This document shows positions 1 through 8,796 of a stretch of 64,000 nucleotides of DNA, in pieces. Below the pieces are notes generated by a model, which was not told where the DNA came from, made no database searches, and saw nothing but the letters and a program-made list of their open reading frames with translations. The stretch is from the NCBI GenBank assembly GCA_019057375.1, contig DXJF01000032.1:1-64000 (forward strand), given 5' to 3'. The first letter of the stretch is position 1. Every line of letters starts with the position of its first letter. Source of the DNA: Candidatus Heimdallarchaeota archaeon. Its GTDB lineage: Archaea; Asgardarchaeota; Heimdallarchaeia; Heimdallarchaeales; Heimdallarchaeaceae. The translations under genes and the position numbers were made by a program.

Positions 1-1
1 G

Positions 2-200
2 CCAAAGAAAACACCAAGTAAAACAGTTACAAAGCCAAAGAAAACACCAAGTAAAACAGTTACAAAGCCAAAGAAAACAACAAGTAAAACAGTTACAAAG
101 CCAAAGACAACACCAAGGAAGACTGTTGCAAAACCAAAGAAAACAACAAGCAAAACAGCTGCAAAACCAAAGAAAACTAAAAGTAAAACTGCAACAAAAT
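2..200 (+). repeat. 33-bp (11-codon) tandem repeat, about 6 progressively degenerate copies
   Basis: Unit ccaaagaaaacaccaagtaaaacagttacaaag occurs twice exactly, then diverges. Confidence 0.9.
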
Positions 201-235
201 CCAAAGCAACAACCTCAAAAAAATCAGCTAAATAA
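2..235 (+). CDS. 3' end of a gene (5' part outside window) encoding a Lys/Thr/Pro-rich histone H1-like tail
   Basis: Frame 2 reads PKKTPSKTVTK PKKTPSKTVTK PKKTTSKTVTK PKTTPRKTVAK PKKTTSKTAAK PKKTKSKTATKSKATTSKKSAK, with TAA at 233-235. Not in the ORF track. Confidence 0.85.
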   Translation, partial: PKKTPSKTVTKPKKTPSKTVTKPKKTTSKTVTKPKTTPRKTVAKPKKTTSKTAAKPKKTKSKTATKSKATTSKKSAK

Positions 236-268
236 TTTCTCAAAATTTTAAAATCATGAGGGTTCAAA

Positions 269-1195
269 ATGATAACTTTCCTATCAGGAGGAACAGGAAC
301 CCCAAAACTAATTCAAGGTTTTCGAAAGAATGTTCCAGAAGAACAAATATCTATAATCGCCAATTCTGCTGATAATTACTGGGTGTATGGTTTCTATGTT
401 TCTCCAGATATTGATACAATTCTATATCTCTTCAGTAACCTATTAGATACTGAAAAATACTGGGGCGTAATAAATGAAACTTACAACACTCTGGACTTCC
501 TAAACAAGTATGGAGTAAACACTTGGTTCCGGTTAGGAGACAAAGACTTAGGGTTGCATGTTTTTCGGACAAATGAAATGAAAAAGGGAGTAAATCAATC
601 TGTAATAATTGATAATTTGAGAGAGAAACTAGGCATTGGAGCAAAGATTTTTCCTAGTTCAGAGAATCATATTGAAACGCGTATTATTACTGAGGATGAT
701 AGAGATATTCACTTCCAAGAGTTTTGGGTGAAAAACAAGGGAGAAATCGAAATTAAAGATGTATATGTTAAAGATCTTGAAAAAGCAATAGTTCCAAACT
801 TAGCTCTAAATGAATTGGATATTTCAGAATTAATAATAATTGGTCCTAGTAACCCAATCACCAGCATTGGACCCATTATTGGCATTAAACCCATTAGAAA
901 AACACTTGAAAAAAACAAGAGCAAATGTATAGCTATAAGTCCAATTATTGGTGAAGCACCTGTCAGTGGACCAACAGGTAAGTTAATGAAAACCAAAGGT
1001 CTTGAGATTTCTCCAGTAAGTATAGCAAAACTGTATAAGGACATATGTAGCACAATAATAATTCATGAAACAGATAAGAATTATACTGATGAAATTGAAA
1101 AAGAAACAGGTTTAGAAGTTCTTACACATAACATTCTCTTTAGAGATGAAACTATCCCCAAGAAGCTTTCCTCTTTCATTCTAAATAGGAGATAG
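269..1195 (+). CDS. cofD: 2-phospho-L-lactate transferase (F420 biosynthesis)
   Basis: N-terminal SGGTGTPKL; SPDIDT, WFRLGDKD, HFQEFWV, IGPSNPITSIGPI and SPIIG motifs typical of CofD. Confidence 0.95.
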   Translation: MITFLSGGTGTPKLIQGFRKNVPEEQISIIANSADNYWVYGFYVSPDIDTILYLFSNLLDTEKYWGVINETYNTLDFLNKYGVNTWFRLGDKDLGLHVFRTNEMKKGVNQSVIIDNLREKLGIGAKIFPSSENHIETRIITEDDRDIHFQEFWVKNKGEIEIKDVYVKDLEKAIVPNLALNELDISELIIIGPSNPITSIGPIIGIKPIRKTLEKNKSKCIAISPIIGEAPVSGPTGKLMKTKGLEISPVSIAKLYKDICSTIIIHETDKNYTDEIEKETGLEVLTHNILFRDETIPKKLSSFILNRR

Positions 1196-1199
1196 TTCG

Positions 1200-2018
1200 A
1201 TGATAGATTTTGGTTTTAAATTTAGACCACCAATTGTTCAATCTGCCTTAGCTGGTATCTCAAACAGAAATTTTTGCCAAGAAATTCTGAGATATGGGGC
1301 TGGTATGGTAACTTTAGGAGGATTTTCAATAGATTATGCATCTCATAAAGCTACAATTAAAATGATTGAAAGAGGGAGAAATGAGTTTGTTCTTCCAACA
1401 AAACAAAAGAATGCAAAACTGTGGAGCAGAAAGAATTTAGTTCTTGAGAAACTAAACAAACATCAGTCCATAAATGTTAACGTAAGATTTTCTAAAGTTG
1501 ATAATCTAACTAAAATATGGTTAAAGAAATTTACTGAATTTGTTGATTTTATAGAAATAAATGCTCATTGTCGTCAAAAAGAGATTATCAACACCAACAG
1601 TGGACAGAGTTTACTTACAAACCTAGAACGGTTGGAACTCTTACTTAATAATATACGAACAATACTTCCTACATTTCCTTTAGGAATAAAAATTCGAGGA
1701 TATTTAGTTAAAGAGTATCAACAATTTGTAAGAATTCTAGATAAATTTTCAATTAGTTTCATTCATTCTGATACTATGTTACCTGGACACCATAGAGCTA
1801 ATATTAAAATAATCCATAATCTCGTTAATTCAACTGATATACCAATTATTGGAAATAACTCTGTACAAACTATAAACGACATTAAGACTATGCTTGAAGC
1901 TGGAGCAAAAGCGGTATCCATTGCTAGACCATTGATTAGAAATCCAAAGTTTATTCAAAGATTAGTTAAAGATTATATCGGACAGAAAAACCATGGAAGC
2001 AATAATAATTCCTTATAG
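1200..2018 (+). CDS. FMN-dependent TIM-barrel protein, dihydrouridine synthase/DHODH-like (MJ0144-like)
   Basis: SALAGIS, EINAHCRQ, IIGNNSV and GAKAVSIARP motifs; located between cofD and cofC. Confidence 0.8.
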   Translation: MIDFGFKFRPPIVQSALAGISNRNFCQEILRYGAGMVTLGGFSIDYASHKATIKMIERGRNEFVLPTKQKNAKLWSRKNLVLEKLNKHQSINVNVRFSKVDNLTKIWLKKFTEFVDFIEINAHCRQKEIINTNSGQSLLTNLERLELLLNNIRTILPTFPLGIKIRGYLVKEYQQFVRILDKFSISFIHSDTMLPGHHRANIKIIHNLVNSTDIPIIGNNSVQTINDIKTMLEAGAKAVSIARPLIRNPKFIQRLVKDYIGQKNHGSNNNSL

Positions 2019-2613
2019 AGGAACTGTGAATGATAAGAGCAGATTAAGATCTGATCTAAATGAAACTTCTGTTGGAAAACTTCTCTATCACATGACTCAG
2101 AATCTTATAAATGAGGTATCTAAGATTGAATCAGATGTTCACTTATACATATTAACAAAGAAAAATAATCTTAGTTTTTCAGGAAAATTTACTTTGCTGT
2201 CAGATAAAGGGGATGAGTTAAATGAATCACTGACTAATGCTTTCAAAGAAATAAAAGAGGATATTATCACAATAGTTATGGCTGATTTACCTTTGATTAA
2301 ATCTGAAGAAATTGAGGAAATTCTTTATAAACACAAGATTGAGAAAAAAATATTACTTGGTCCAACGCCTGATAATGGAACAAGCATATTAACTTTCAAT
2401 AAGAATAACTCTTTTCCATTAGTCTTTGGAAAGAATTCAGCCTTAAGATTTAGAGATGTTTTTGAAAAAGAAGCCATATCTTATGCGATTTTAGAAAGTA
2501 AGTCCGTTTACAGAGATATAGACAAATTTAAGGATTTAATAGAATTAATGGAAAATAATTCTATTCCAGAAAATATAAGCCAAATAATTAAGGAATGTGT
2601 AGATTTTGAATGA
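1993..2613 (+). CDS. cofC: 2-phospho-L-lactate/PEP guanylyltransferase (F420 biosynthesis)
   Basis: IIIP..KSRL, MADLPLI, PDNGT, FGKNSALRF and DID motifs; cofD neighbourhood. Confidence 0.88.
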   Translation: MEAIIIPYRGTVNDKSRLRSDLNETSVGKLLYHMTQNLINEVSKIESDVHLYILTKKNNLSFSGKFTLLSDKGDELNESLTNAFKEIKEDIITIVMADLPLIKSEEIEEILYKHKIEKKILLGPTPDNGTSILTFNKNNSFPLVFGKNSALRFRDVFEKEAISYAILESKSVYRDIDKFKDLIELMENNSIPENISQIIKECVDFE

Positions 2614-3751
2614 AAAAGTAGACAGAATTCAAGCGATTTTAGATAAACATAATGTTGATGGATGGATAATATTCTGCCATAATTCTCATGATATTCATCA
2701 AAAATATTTGCATGAAAAATGGATTTCATCAGCAACTCTTACTCTTATTCCAAAAACAGGAAAACCCTCCGTTATCACATCAAGAATGGAAGAAATGCTT
2801 GTGGATGAAAAAACCTATGATATTAAAGCTTACAAGCAAGGGAATGAATTTACAGAATTGGTAAGTAAACTATTCAATGATATTTCAGATGACTCAACAA
2901 TTGCACTTAATTATGTTGAAGAGAAAGAAGTGTTTACGAAACTAAATTACGATATTTTAACAAGCGGGGCATTCAAAGCTCTAACTAATCAGAATAAAAA
3001 TCTGAATTATATTTCAGCGAATGAGATTATCTATGATGTAAGGGCAGTCAAAACCAAGAAAGAAATTGAAAATCATAAAATTTCAGCTAAACTTGCAGAA
3101 GAGTTGATGGAAGATGTTGTTGAACCATTAATTAAACCTGGCATGATAGAAAAAGAGTTAGCGGCGATAATTGAATTTGAGTGCAATAAAAGAGGTGGAG
3201 TAGCTTTTGAACCCATAGTAGCCTCAGGGCCCAATGCAGCCATACCTCATCATAAAGCAGGAATTGGTAAAATTACAAAAAATCAAGTTCTTCTAATCGA
3301 TTATGGAGTTGCTTATGATATGTCCAATTCTGATATTACACATACATACTGGATAGGTAGCAATCCGAACGAAGAAGTTCTTAGAGCTTATGAAGCCGTT
3401 CATGAGGCAAAGGAAGCTGCTTATACTAAAATCAAAGCAGGAATTCCTTCAGATATCGTTGAACTAGCTGTAAGAGACAAATTTGAAGAATTTGGTTATG
3501 ACCATGAGAAGTTATACATTCATTCTACAGGACATCCAATTGGTATTGAGACTCATGATATCGGCGTAGGCATTAGAAAGTCTTATCCTGAGAGACCAGC
3601 CCAAAACTTACTAGAAAATTCAGTAATTACTGTAGAACCAGGTTTATACTTTGCTGGTGAATTTGGCGTACGTCTAGAAGATGATTGTATTGTGATAAAA
3701 GAGGGAGTAATAAGGATTTCAAATACACCAAAAGACATTGTGTGTCTATGA
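2606..3751 (+). CDS. Xaa-Pro peptidase (M24 family)
   Basis: IVASGPNAAIPHH, LIDYG, SDITHT, HSTGHPIG, TVEPGLY and GVRLEDD metal-binding motifs. Confidence 0.95.
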   Translation: MNEKVDRIQAILDKHNVDGWIIFCHNSHDIHQKYLHEKWISSATLTLIPKTGKPSVITSRMEEMLVDEKTYDIKAYKQGNEFTELVSKLFNDISDDSTIALNYVEEKEVFTKLNYDILTSGAFKALTNQNKNLNYISANEIIYDVRAVKTKKEIENHKISAKLAEELMEDVVEPLIKPGMIEKELAAIIEFECNKRGGVAFEPIVASGPNAAIPHHKAGIGKITKNQVLLIDYGVAYDMSNSDITHTYWIGSNPNEEVLRAYEAVHEAKEAAYTKIKAGIPSDIVELAVRDKFEEFGYDHEKLYIHSTGHPIGIETHDIGVGIRKSYPERPAQNLLENSVITVEPGLYFAGEFGVRLEDDCIVIKEGVIRISNTPKDIVCL

Positions 3752-3773
3752 AGTCTTTTTCTTTTTACTGATT

Positions 3774-4841
3774 CTAAGGTTTCTCATAACCCCAACGATC
3801 GATTGTTTCATGCCATTTTGAGTAGATGAATTCTTTATCTTTCTTCGAAATTTTGTAATTTCCTACTTTATAATCATTTAGGGAATCCAAATAAATTTGA
3901 ATTTTATCTCTTACTAATTCAAAATCTCCCAAATTAAGTTGATCAAATATATTTACTAATTCTCTCATTGGGTTCGAAATTAGACTTTCGTATTTAACTT
4001 CTATTAATTGTTCTTTGGGAATAGAATCAAAGTCTTTGTAATATTTTTCATACATCTCTAAATACAAATCGAAAATAAAATCTTCCAGCTTATATTCTGG
4101 TTTTTGTAACCAGAACAAGTGAGTATTAGTTTTATGGAGTTTAACGGTTGAAAAGAAGACTTCGTATGGATTTCTGTAAATATTGATAAATTTTGCATTA
4201 GGAAAGATTTCTAAGATAAGTTTAACTCTATGAGTATCCAGAGGATTTTTGAGTAAAAGCTGTTTTCCTCCTTCTTTTAATGTTAATTTTTTTAGATAAA
4301 ACAAGAAAGTTTCTTTCCATTTATTAATTTCAGTTTCAGTCGCTTCCTCGAATGTACCGTACTTAAGATATCGTTCTCTGTTACTTGGAAAAAACAAACC
4401 AGTTTGTGGAGAAAGCAAGCAAAGATCAACTATAGGAAAATCATGCTCTTGAGGTGTGGTTGTATCCATGGACATATTGTCCATGGGTCTAGTTTCAGGA
4501 ATAAGTGGTTTCATTAGTAATGAAATTAACCTGAAACTACCAAGCATTAGATGAGGAAATGTAGCTTCAATTAAATCCAAGTAGCCATACTTTTCATCAA
4601 GAAGTAAAAGATTTTGTAAATGAGTTGTTCCTGTCCTCCAATGACCGATTATGAATATGGGGTCTTCCTTGATTTCTGTTTTTCTGACTTTTCGATTAAA
4701 TCGTAAATGTTCATAGATGGTTAGAGGAGTAAATAAAGCTGTAACTAATGTGATTGCAAGAGTTCTTGGAATATACTTCAAACTGATGTTGAATTTATTT
4801 TCCCAGAGCAATTTTAACCACACTTTTAGACTGGCGCCCAT
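3774..4841 (-). CDS. Sulfotransferase family protein (P-loop, PAPS-dependent)
   Basis: IFIIGHWRTGTT (5'-PSB loop), LLLKNP, IYRNPYEVFFST (3'-PB) and VKYESL. Confidence 0.9.
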   Translation of the reverse strand: MGASLKVWLKLLWENKFNISLKYIPRTLAITLVTALFTPLTIYEHLRFNRKVRKTEIKEDPIFIIGHWRTGTTHLQNLLLLDEKYGYLDLIEATFPHLMLGSFRLISLLMKPLIPETRPMDNMSMDTTTPQEHDFPIVDLCLLSPQTGLFFPSNRERYLKYGTFEEATETEINKWKETFLFYLKKLTLKEGGKQLLLKNPLDTHRVKLILEIFPNAKFINIYRNPYEVFFSTVKLHKTNTHLFWLQKPEYKLEDFIFDLYLEMYEKYYKDFDSIPKEQLIEVKYESLISNPMRELVNIFDQLNLGDFELVRDKIQIYLDSLNDYKVGNYKISKKDKEFIYSKWHETIDRWGYEKP

Positions 4842-5047
4842 AATGAAAATTTAAATCACGACCTGAATTTGGAAATCCTTGTTTCGAGTTTCTTTTCTTT
4901 AGGCTTAATAAACCTTATTAGATGACCATTTACCCACTAATTTCTAAAGATTGCCATAAATCAAATGGTAATCGTAATACGACCGTGTGATGTCCATAAT
5001 ATTTCTTTTTAAGTTAACAAAAGAGTAAGCTTGTTCTGGTGAAATAA

Positions 5048-5662
5048 TTGTCATGGAGATTATGGCTAAAATCAAGGCCAAAATCAATTAATTTGGGGTT
5101 TTACGGTGAAGTAAATGCTGGTAAGACCACTCTCGCAAACAAAATTGGTGTGGATTGGGCTGACCAAGAAGTTGGAATTGTAAGCGAAATTCCACACGAA
5201 ACGAGAACAATTCAAAAGCTTGAGAAGGTTAACTTCTCATCTAATGGAACTGCTTTGGATCTTACATTAATCGATATGCCTGGTATAGCATCCTCAGTAA
5301 ATCCAAAGGAGTTTATGAAACATGGACTTACAGCTGGAGAAGCAATGCAAAGAGCCAAGGAAGCAACAAGAGGAATAGTGGAAGCAATAAAATTCCTTGA
5401 AAATGTGGATGTAGCACTAATTGTAATAGATGCAGCAAAATCACCGTTTGATCAGGTAAACTTCACTATAATAGGTAATTTGGAGCACCAAAAAAAGCCA
5501 TTCATACTAGTACCAAATAAGATTGATTTACCTGATGTGGACATTCGAGAAGTTAAAGATGCGTTCAGCGAGTATCATGTTATCCCCGTATCTGCGCTAC
5601 AGGGGTTTGGTATAGAAAAATTATATGATAAAATAGCCGAATTGGCTAGGAAGGTAAGGTGA
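5048..5662 (+). CDS. oapA: Era-like small GTPase of the OapA/ArvA family
   Basis: G1 GEVNAGKT, G2 PHETR, G3 DMPG, G4 NKID, G5 SAL; followed by a DUF2073-like gene with GTGA overlap. Confidence 0.8.
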   Translation: MSWRLWLKSRPKSINLGFYGEVNAGKTTLANKIGVDWADQEVGIVSEIPHETRTIQKLEKVNFSSNGTALDLTLIDMPGIASSVNPKEFMKHGLTAGEAMQRAKEATRGIVEAIKFLENVDVALIVIDAAKSPFDQVNFTIIGNLEHQKKPFILVPNKIDLPDVDIREVKDAFSEYHVIPVSALQGFGIEKLYDKIAELARKVR

Positions 5663-6018
5663 AGAGAATGAAGTATAGAGTAGATTTTATACCATTTTCT
5701 GAGACTGATGATCTTTCATCTGAAGAGAAAATCAGTTACATCTTATCCAAAGTAATGAGGAACAGCATATTGGTTCTCGAAGAAGCACTCTCTCATGGTG
5801 AGGAGCTTAATCTTATCGAAAGAACTATGAGTAAAATTGATTACGGGAACTTTGTAGGTATTAAGATGTTCTCATTCGAGAACGGAGAAGATTTTAAATG
5901 GACAAAACTTTTTGGTAAAGGAGCTAAAAACAAAGGATTTACTATAGTAGCACCAAATGAAGCAGTGTCAGTAATTAAAGATAAAAGAGGTATCTTATCC
6001 ATAAGAATAAGTGGATAG
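5659..6018 (+). CDS. oapB: DUF2073 (OapB/ArvB-like) protein
   Basis: EKISYIL..V..NSILVLEEAL...EE..LIERTM..I....F.GI and FTIVAP pattern; coupled to the GTPase gene. Confidence 0.75.
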   Translation: MKRMKYRVDFIPFSETDDLSSEEKISYILSKVMRNSILVLEEALSHGEELNLIERTMSKIDYGNFVGIKMFSFENGEDFKWTKLFGKGAKNKGFTIVAPNEAVSVIKDKRGILSIRISG

Positions 6019-6028
6019 AAGCTTAACA

Positions 6029-6523
6029 TTAATCTGATAAAAAAGACAAAACTTCCTCAAATGTTTTCTCTATAGAAACATCTGTGGAAACAACTCTAAC
6101 CAGATCTTTACCATATAGTTGCATCATGTCGGTCAAGATAACTTCCATTATTTCTGCTTCGATGTTCTCGTCAATCTTTGATTCACTATAACCCCGTGCA
6201 ACCAGTCTCTGTCGAAGGTTACGAATCGAACAATGAAAAACGATACACTTTGATACCAACAAGGGAGGGAGTCGCGATACATGTCCATCAAGAACAAGTG
6301 GGAGGGTTGAAGTATTGCTCTCTATTAACTGAGTTAGAACTGCATTTAATTTGTCATCGTCTACTACAAAACTATCTCGTTTTTTATCATAGAAATCAAA
6401 AAGCTCTTCATCTTTGACAAGTTTCCCAACATTTGTTACTGTGTAACCTTTATTTTCCAGTAGATCAGCAATCGTAGACTTACCTGTTCCAGGTGTTCCT
6501 GTCAGAATATAAGCTTGTTTCAT
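6029..6523 (-). CDS. Archaeal adenylate kinase, AK6/Fap7 family
   Basis: ILTGTPGTGKST, LVLDGH, RLVARGYSESKIDENIEAEI. Start taken at ATG 6523. Confidence 0.9.
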   Translation of the reverse strand: MKQAYILTGTPGTGKSTIADLLENKGYTVTNVGKLVKDEELFDFYDKKRDSFVVDDDKLNAVLTQLIESNTSTLPLVLDGHVSRLPPLLVSKCIVFHCSIRNLRQRLVARGYSESKIDENIEAEIMEVILTDMMQLYGKDLVRVVSTDVSIEKTFEEVLSFLSD

Positions 6524-6594
6524 TGTAATATTGTTTATCAATATGATTAAAAGCATTTACAAAAGATAGAAGAGATTGTTGAAAAATCTGATTT

Positions 6595-6639
6595 TTCTGA
6601 AATTTCGGAATATTTATATATGTCCGTATTTTCATATAT
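6595..6639. promoter_or_regulatory. Promoter with two inverted repeats upstream of the AbrB-arsM operon
   Basis: TTCTGAAA|TTTCGGAA (6595-6610, one mismatch); TATA-like TTTATATA; ATATATG-N10-CATATAT (6616-6639). Confidence 0.5.
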
Positions 6640-6649
6640 TCTGAGAACA

Positions 6650-6931
6650 ATGAATACAGAAAAGAAAACAGAACCTTGTTGTCCAGCTAGTACAGAAGAT
6701 TTAGGATGCTGTCACATTGAAGGTGTTGTTCATGTGGATAGTAGAGGGCAAATAGTTCTACCTAAAGGTTTGCGAGATAAAATGAAAATTAGTGAAGGAG
6801 ACAGATTGATTGTTATCAGTATGCGTGAAAAAGGAGTATTATCTAGTATTTCTCTCATGAAAGCTGACAAATTAGATGGTATGGTCAAAGTCGCCCTTAA
6901 ACCCATAATGGAGGGGTTAACAGAAGATTAA
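6650..6931 (+). CDS. AbrB/MazE/SpoVT-fold DNA-binding protein with Cys-Cys pairs (resembles the so-called HgcAB-associated family)
   Basis: PCC...GCCHIEGVVHVDSRGQIVLPKGLRDKMKISEGDRL is the AbrB signature. Confidence 0.85.
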   Translation: MNTEKKTEPCCPASTEDLGCCHIEGVVHVDSRGQIVLPKGLRDKMKISEGDRLIVISMREKGVLSSISLMKADKLDGMVKVALKPIMEGLTED

Positions 6932-6950
6932 GCCCACCAATAAGGAGGTA

Positions 6951-7070
6951 ATGAAAATGAATGAAGAAAGAAATGAAGAAAAATATGAAGAAACTTCAAA
7001 CGAGAATTGTTGTGAAGAAAACAATGAGAAAAGCTCTGAACAAGAGAAAAAGAAACAAACCTGTTATTGA
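6951..7070 (+). CDS. Unannotated 39-aa acidic Cys-containing mini-protein
   Basis: Shine-Dalgarno AGGAGGT at 6943-6949; MKMNEERNEEKYEETSNENCCEENNEKSSEQEKKKQTCY*; fills the gap between AbrB and arsM. The start may be ATG 6957. Confidence 0.6.
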   Translation: MKMNEERNEEKYEETSNENCCEENNEKSSEQEKKKQTCY

Positions 7071-7102
7071 ACAGGAATAACAAGAAAAAAAGGATGATTT
7101 AA

Positions 7103-7945
7103 ATGAAATCTAAGGAAGTTAAAAAAAGTGTACGAGATAGTTATGCAAAAGTAGCTAAAAGAGGTTCTTCTTGCTGTGGAGATAGCTCAAAATCAGAAGA
7201 TGTAAGCAAAGCAATCGGGTATTCTCAAGAAGAACTATTATCAATCCCAGATGCAGCTAATATGGGATTAGGTTGTGGAAACCCAACTGCTATAGCTTCG
7301 CTCAAAGAAGGTGAAGTTGTACTTGATCTTGGATCTGGTGGGGGTCTTGATTGTTTTCTTTCATCACAAAAGGTAGGTCAAACTGGAAAGGTAATAGGTG
7401 TTGATATGACACCTGATATGATTGATTTAGCACGTGATAATGCAGAAAAAAACAACTTTACTAACGTTGAATTCAGACTTGGAGAGATCGAAAATATTCC
7501 AGTTGCTGATAATTTTGTAGATATAATAATTTCTAATTGTGTTATTAATCTTTCACCTGAAAAACAACGAGTATTTGATGAAGCATTTCGTGTTCTTAAA
7601 CCAGGAGGAAGAATCGCAATATCAGATATTGTTCTTCTTAAACCGCTTCCTGAAGCAATTCGAGATAACAAAAAGCTTCTTGCTGCATGTGTATCTGGTG
7701 CTGAATTGAAGGACAAATATTTAGAAATGATTGAAAATGCAGGTTTTGAAGACATCCAAGTCATGCAAAAAGGAAATGCTCTCACACAAGAAGTAGAAGG
7801 GGAGAAAAAAGATGGAGAACCAGAAGCTAAACTGATTGTTGATGGGGTAGAGTTAGAGTTGGAAGATTTCGATGCAGACATTGAAGATGTTAAGAATTTA
7901 GGAAAATCTATTCAAAGCATAACTGTTACAGCAATTAAAAATTGA
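7103..7945 (+). CDS. arsM: Arsenite S-adenosylmethionine methyltransferase
   Basis: [41 protein letters not shown]. Confidence 0.95.
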   Translation: MKSKEVKKSVRDSYAKVAKRGSSCCGDSSKSEDVSKAIGYSQEELLSIPDAANMGLGCGNPTAIASLKEGEVVLDLGSGGGLDCFLSSQKVGQTGKVIGVDMTPDMIDLARDNAEKNNFTNVEFRLGEIENIPVADNFVDIIISNCVINLSPEKQRVFDEAFRVLKPGGRIAISDIVLLKPLPEAIRDNKKLLAACVSGAELKDKYLEMIENAGFEDIQVMQKGNALTQEVEGEKKDGEPEAKLIVDGVELELEDFDADIEDVKNLGKSIQSITVTAIKN

Positions 7946-7980
7946 TAAATTGTAAAAGGTAAGTTCATACTTACCCTATT

Positions 7981-8718
7981 TTATTTCAATATTTCTTCAG
8001 AAAGCTTCTTTTTACCTCTCAGAGCTTTCCATATTTTCATTTTTTTTGCTTCACCTGTTCTGATTTTTCTAATGTTGTCCTTTTGTCTGCTAATCATAAT
8101 TATTGCTACACTGAAGAGAATAATAGCTACTGCCAAATTATAGGGTGCCCAAGGCATTACTACTGGGAAGAACAATGCAATGACTCCAACTAATGCAGTA
8201 GTAACAATATAGGTAATTGAAGAGTAACCTACAATAGTTATGACTATAGGCCACAAAATAATCCAAAATGCAATCATTATTGGATTAGCATATAACATTG
8301 ATGCAAGAACTACAGTAATTCCTCTTCCTGCATGACCAGGGAGAAGATAGATTGACCAATTATGTCCAAAAATAGCTGCTACTCCAGCAACGGTAAGACT
8401 AAATCCGAGTGCTGTATCTGGAAAGAAATCTGTAAGAGGTATGTTATATTGTGGAAAATTTTGGAAGTACAAGATATTTGATAGATAAAATGGTAAAGCT
8501 ACAGCTGTTACTGATCTAGCAACATCTAGAAAACCTGCAAACAATGCCCAATTTCTAGATTTTGTAGCTCGATATACATTTCTCCCACCAACGTTACCTG
8601 AACCTATTTTTCTTAAATCTTCTCCAGTCTTAATTTTAGTAATTATCCAACTAAAAGGAATAGAACCTATTAAGTAAGAACTCAAAAAAACTAGAATATA
8701 AACTACAGAGATGTGCAT
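7981..8718 (-). CDS. plsY: Glycerol-3-phosphate acyltransferase (acyl-phosphate dependent)
   Basis: SYLIGSIPFSW, DLRKIGSGNVGGRNVYR, FLDVAR, AIFGHNWSIY and AGRG motifs; multi-pass hydrophobic. Confidence 0.88.
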   Translation of the reverse strand: MHISVVYILVFLSSYLIGSIPFSWIITKIKTGEDLRKIGSGNVGGRNVYRATKSRNWALFAGFLDVARSVTAVALPFYLSNILYFQNFPQYNIPLTDFFPDTALGFSLTVAGVAAIFGHNWSIYLLPGHAGRGITVVLASMLYANPIMIAFWIILWPIVITIVGYSSITYIVTTALVGVIALFFPVVMPWAPYNLAVAIILFSVAIIMISRQKDNIRKIRTGEAKKMKIWKALRGKKKLSEEILK

Positions 8719-8796
8719 AGCTTCGAAAACGTAATAGCTAGAATAAAAGATTTATGCGCAAGCAAATTTTTATACATCTTAGCTACTCTTAAACCA

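Noticed and set aside
2-200. 33-bp repeats as a CRISPR array
   Set aside because: The repeats are contiguous without spacers and in frame with a protein.
4842-5047. Replication origin next to the oapA-like gene
   Set aside because: No ORB boxes with G-strings and no cdc6/orc1 seen; only weak inverted repeats.
6650-6931. Mercury methylation locus
   Set aside because: No hgcA (corrinoid cap-helix motif) or hgcB in the window; the neighbour is arsM.
7068-7070. TGA after Cys-Tyr as selenocysteine
   Set aside because: Read-through gives only a short extension ending in another TGA, and no SECIS-like hairpin was recognised.
7378-7881. Long antisense or nested ORFs (also 12845-13225, 41410-41886, 58527-58946 and other short track ORFs)
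   Set aside because: They lie opposite or within well-supported genes, show no motifs, and have the composition of antisense shadows.
8713-8796. Overlap of phosphohexomutase and plsY 5' ends
   Set aside because: Artefact of the longest-ORF start; homologue-like sequence begins at ATG 8797.
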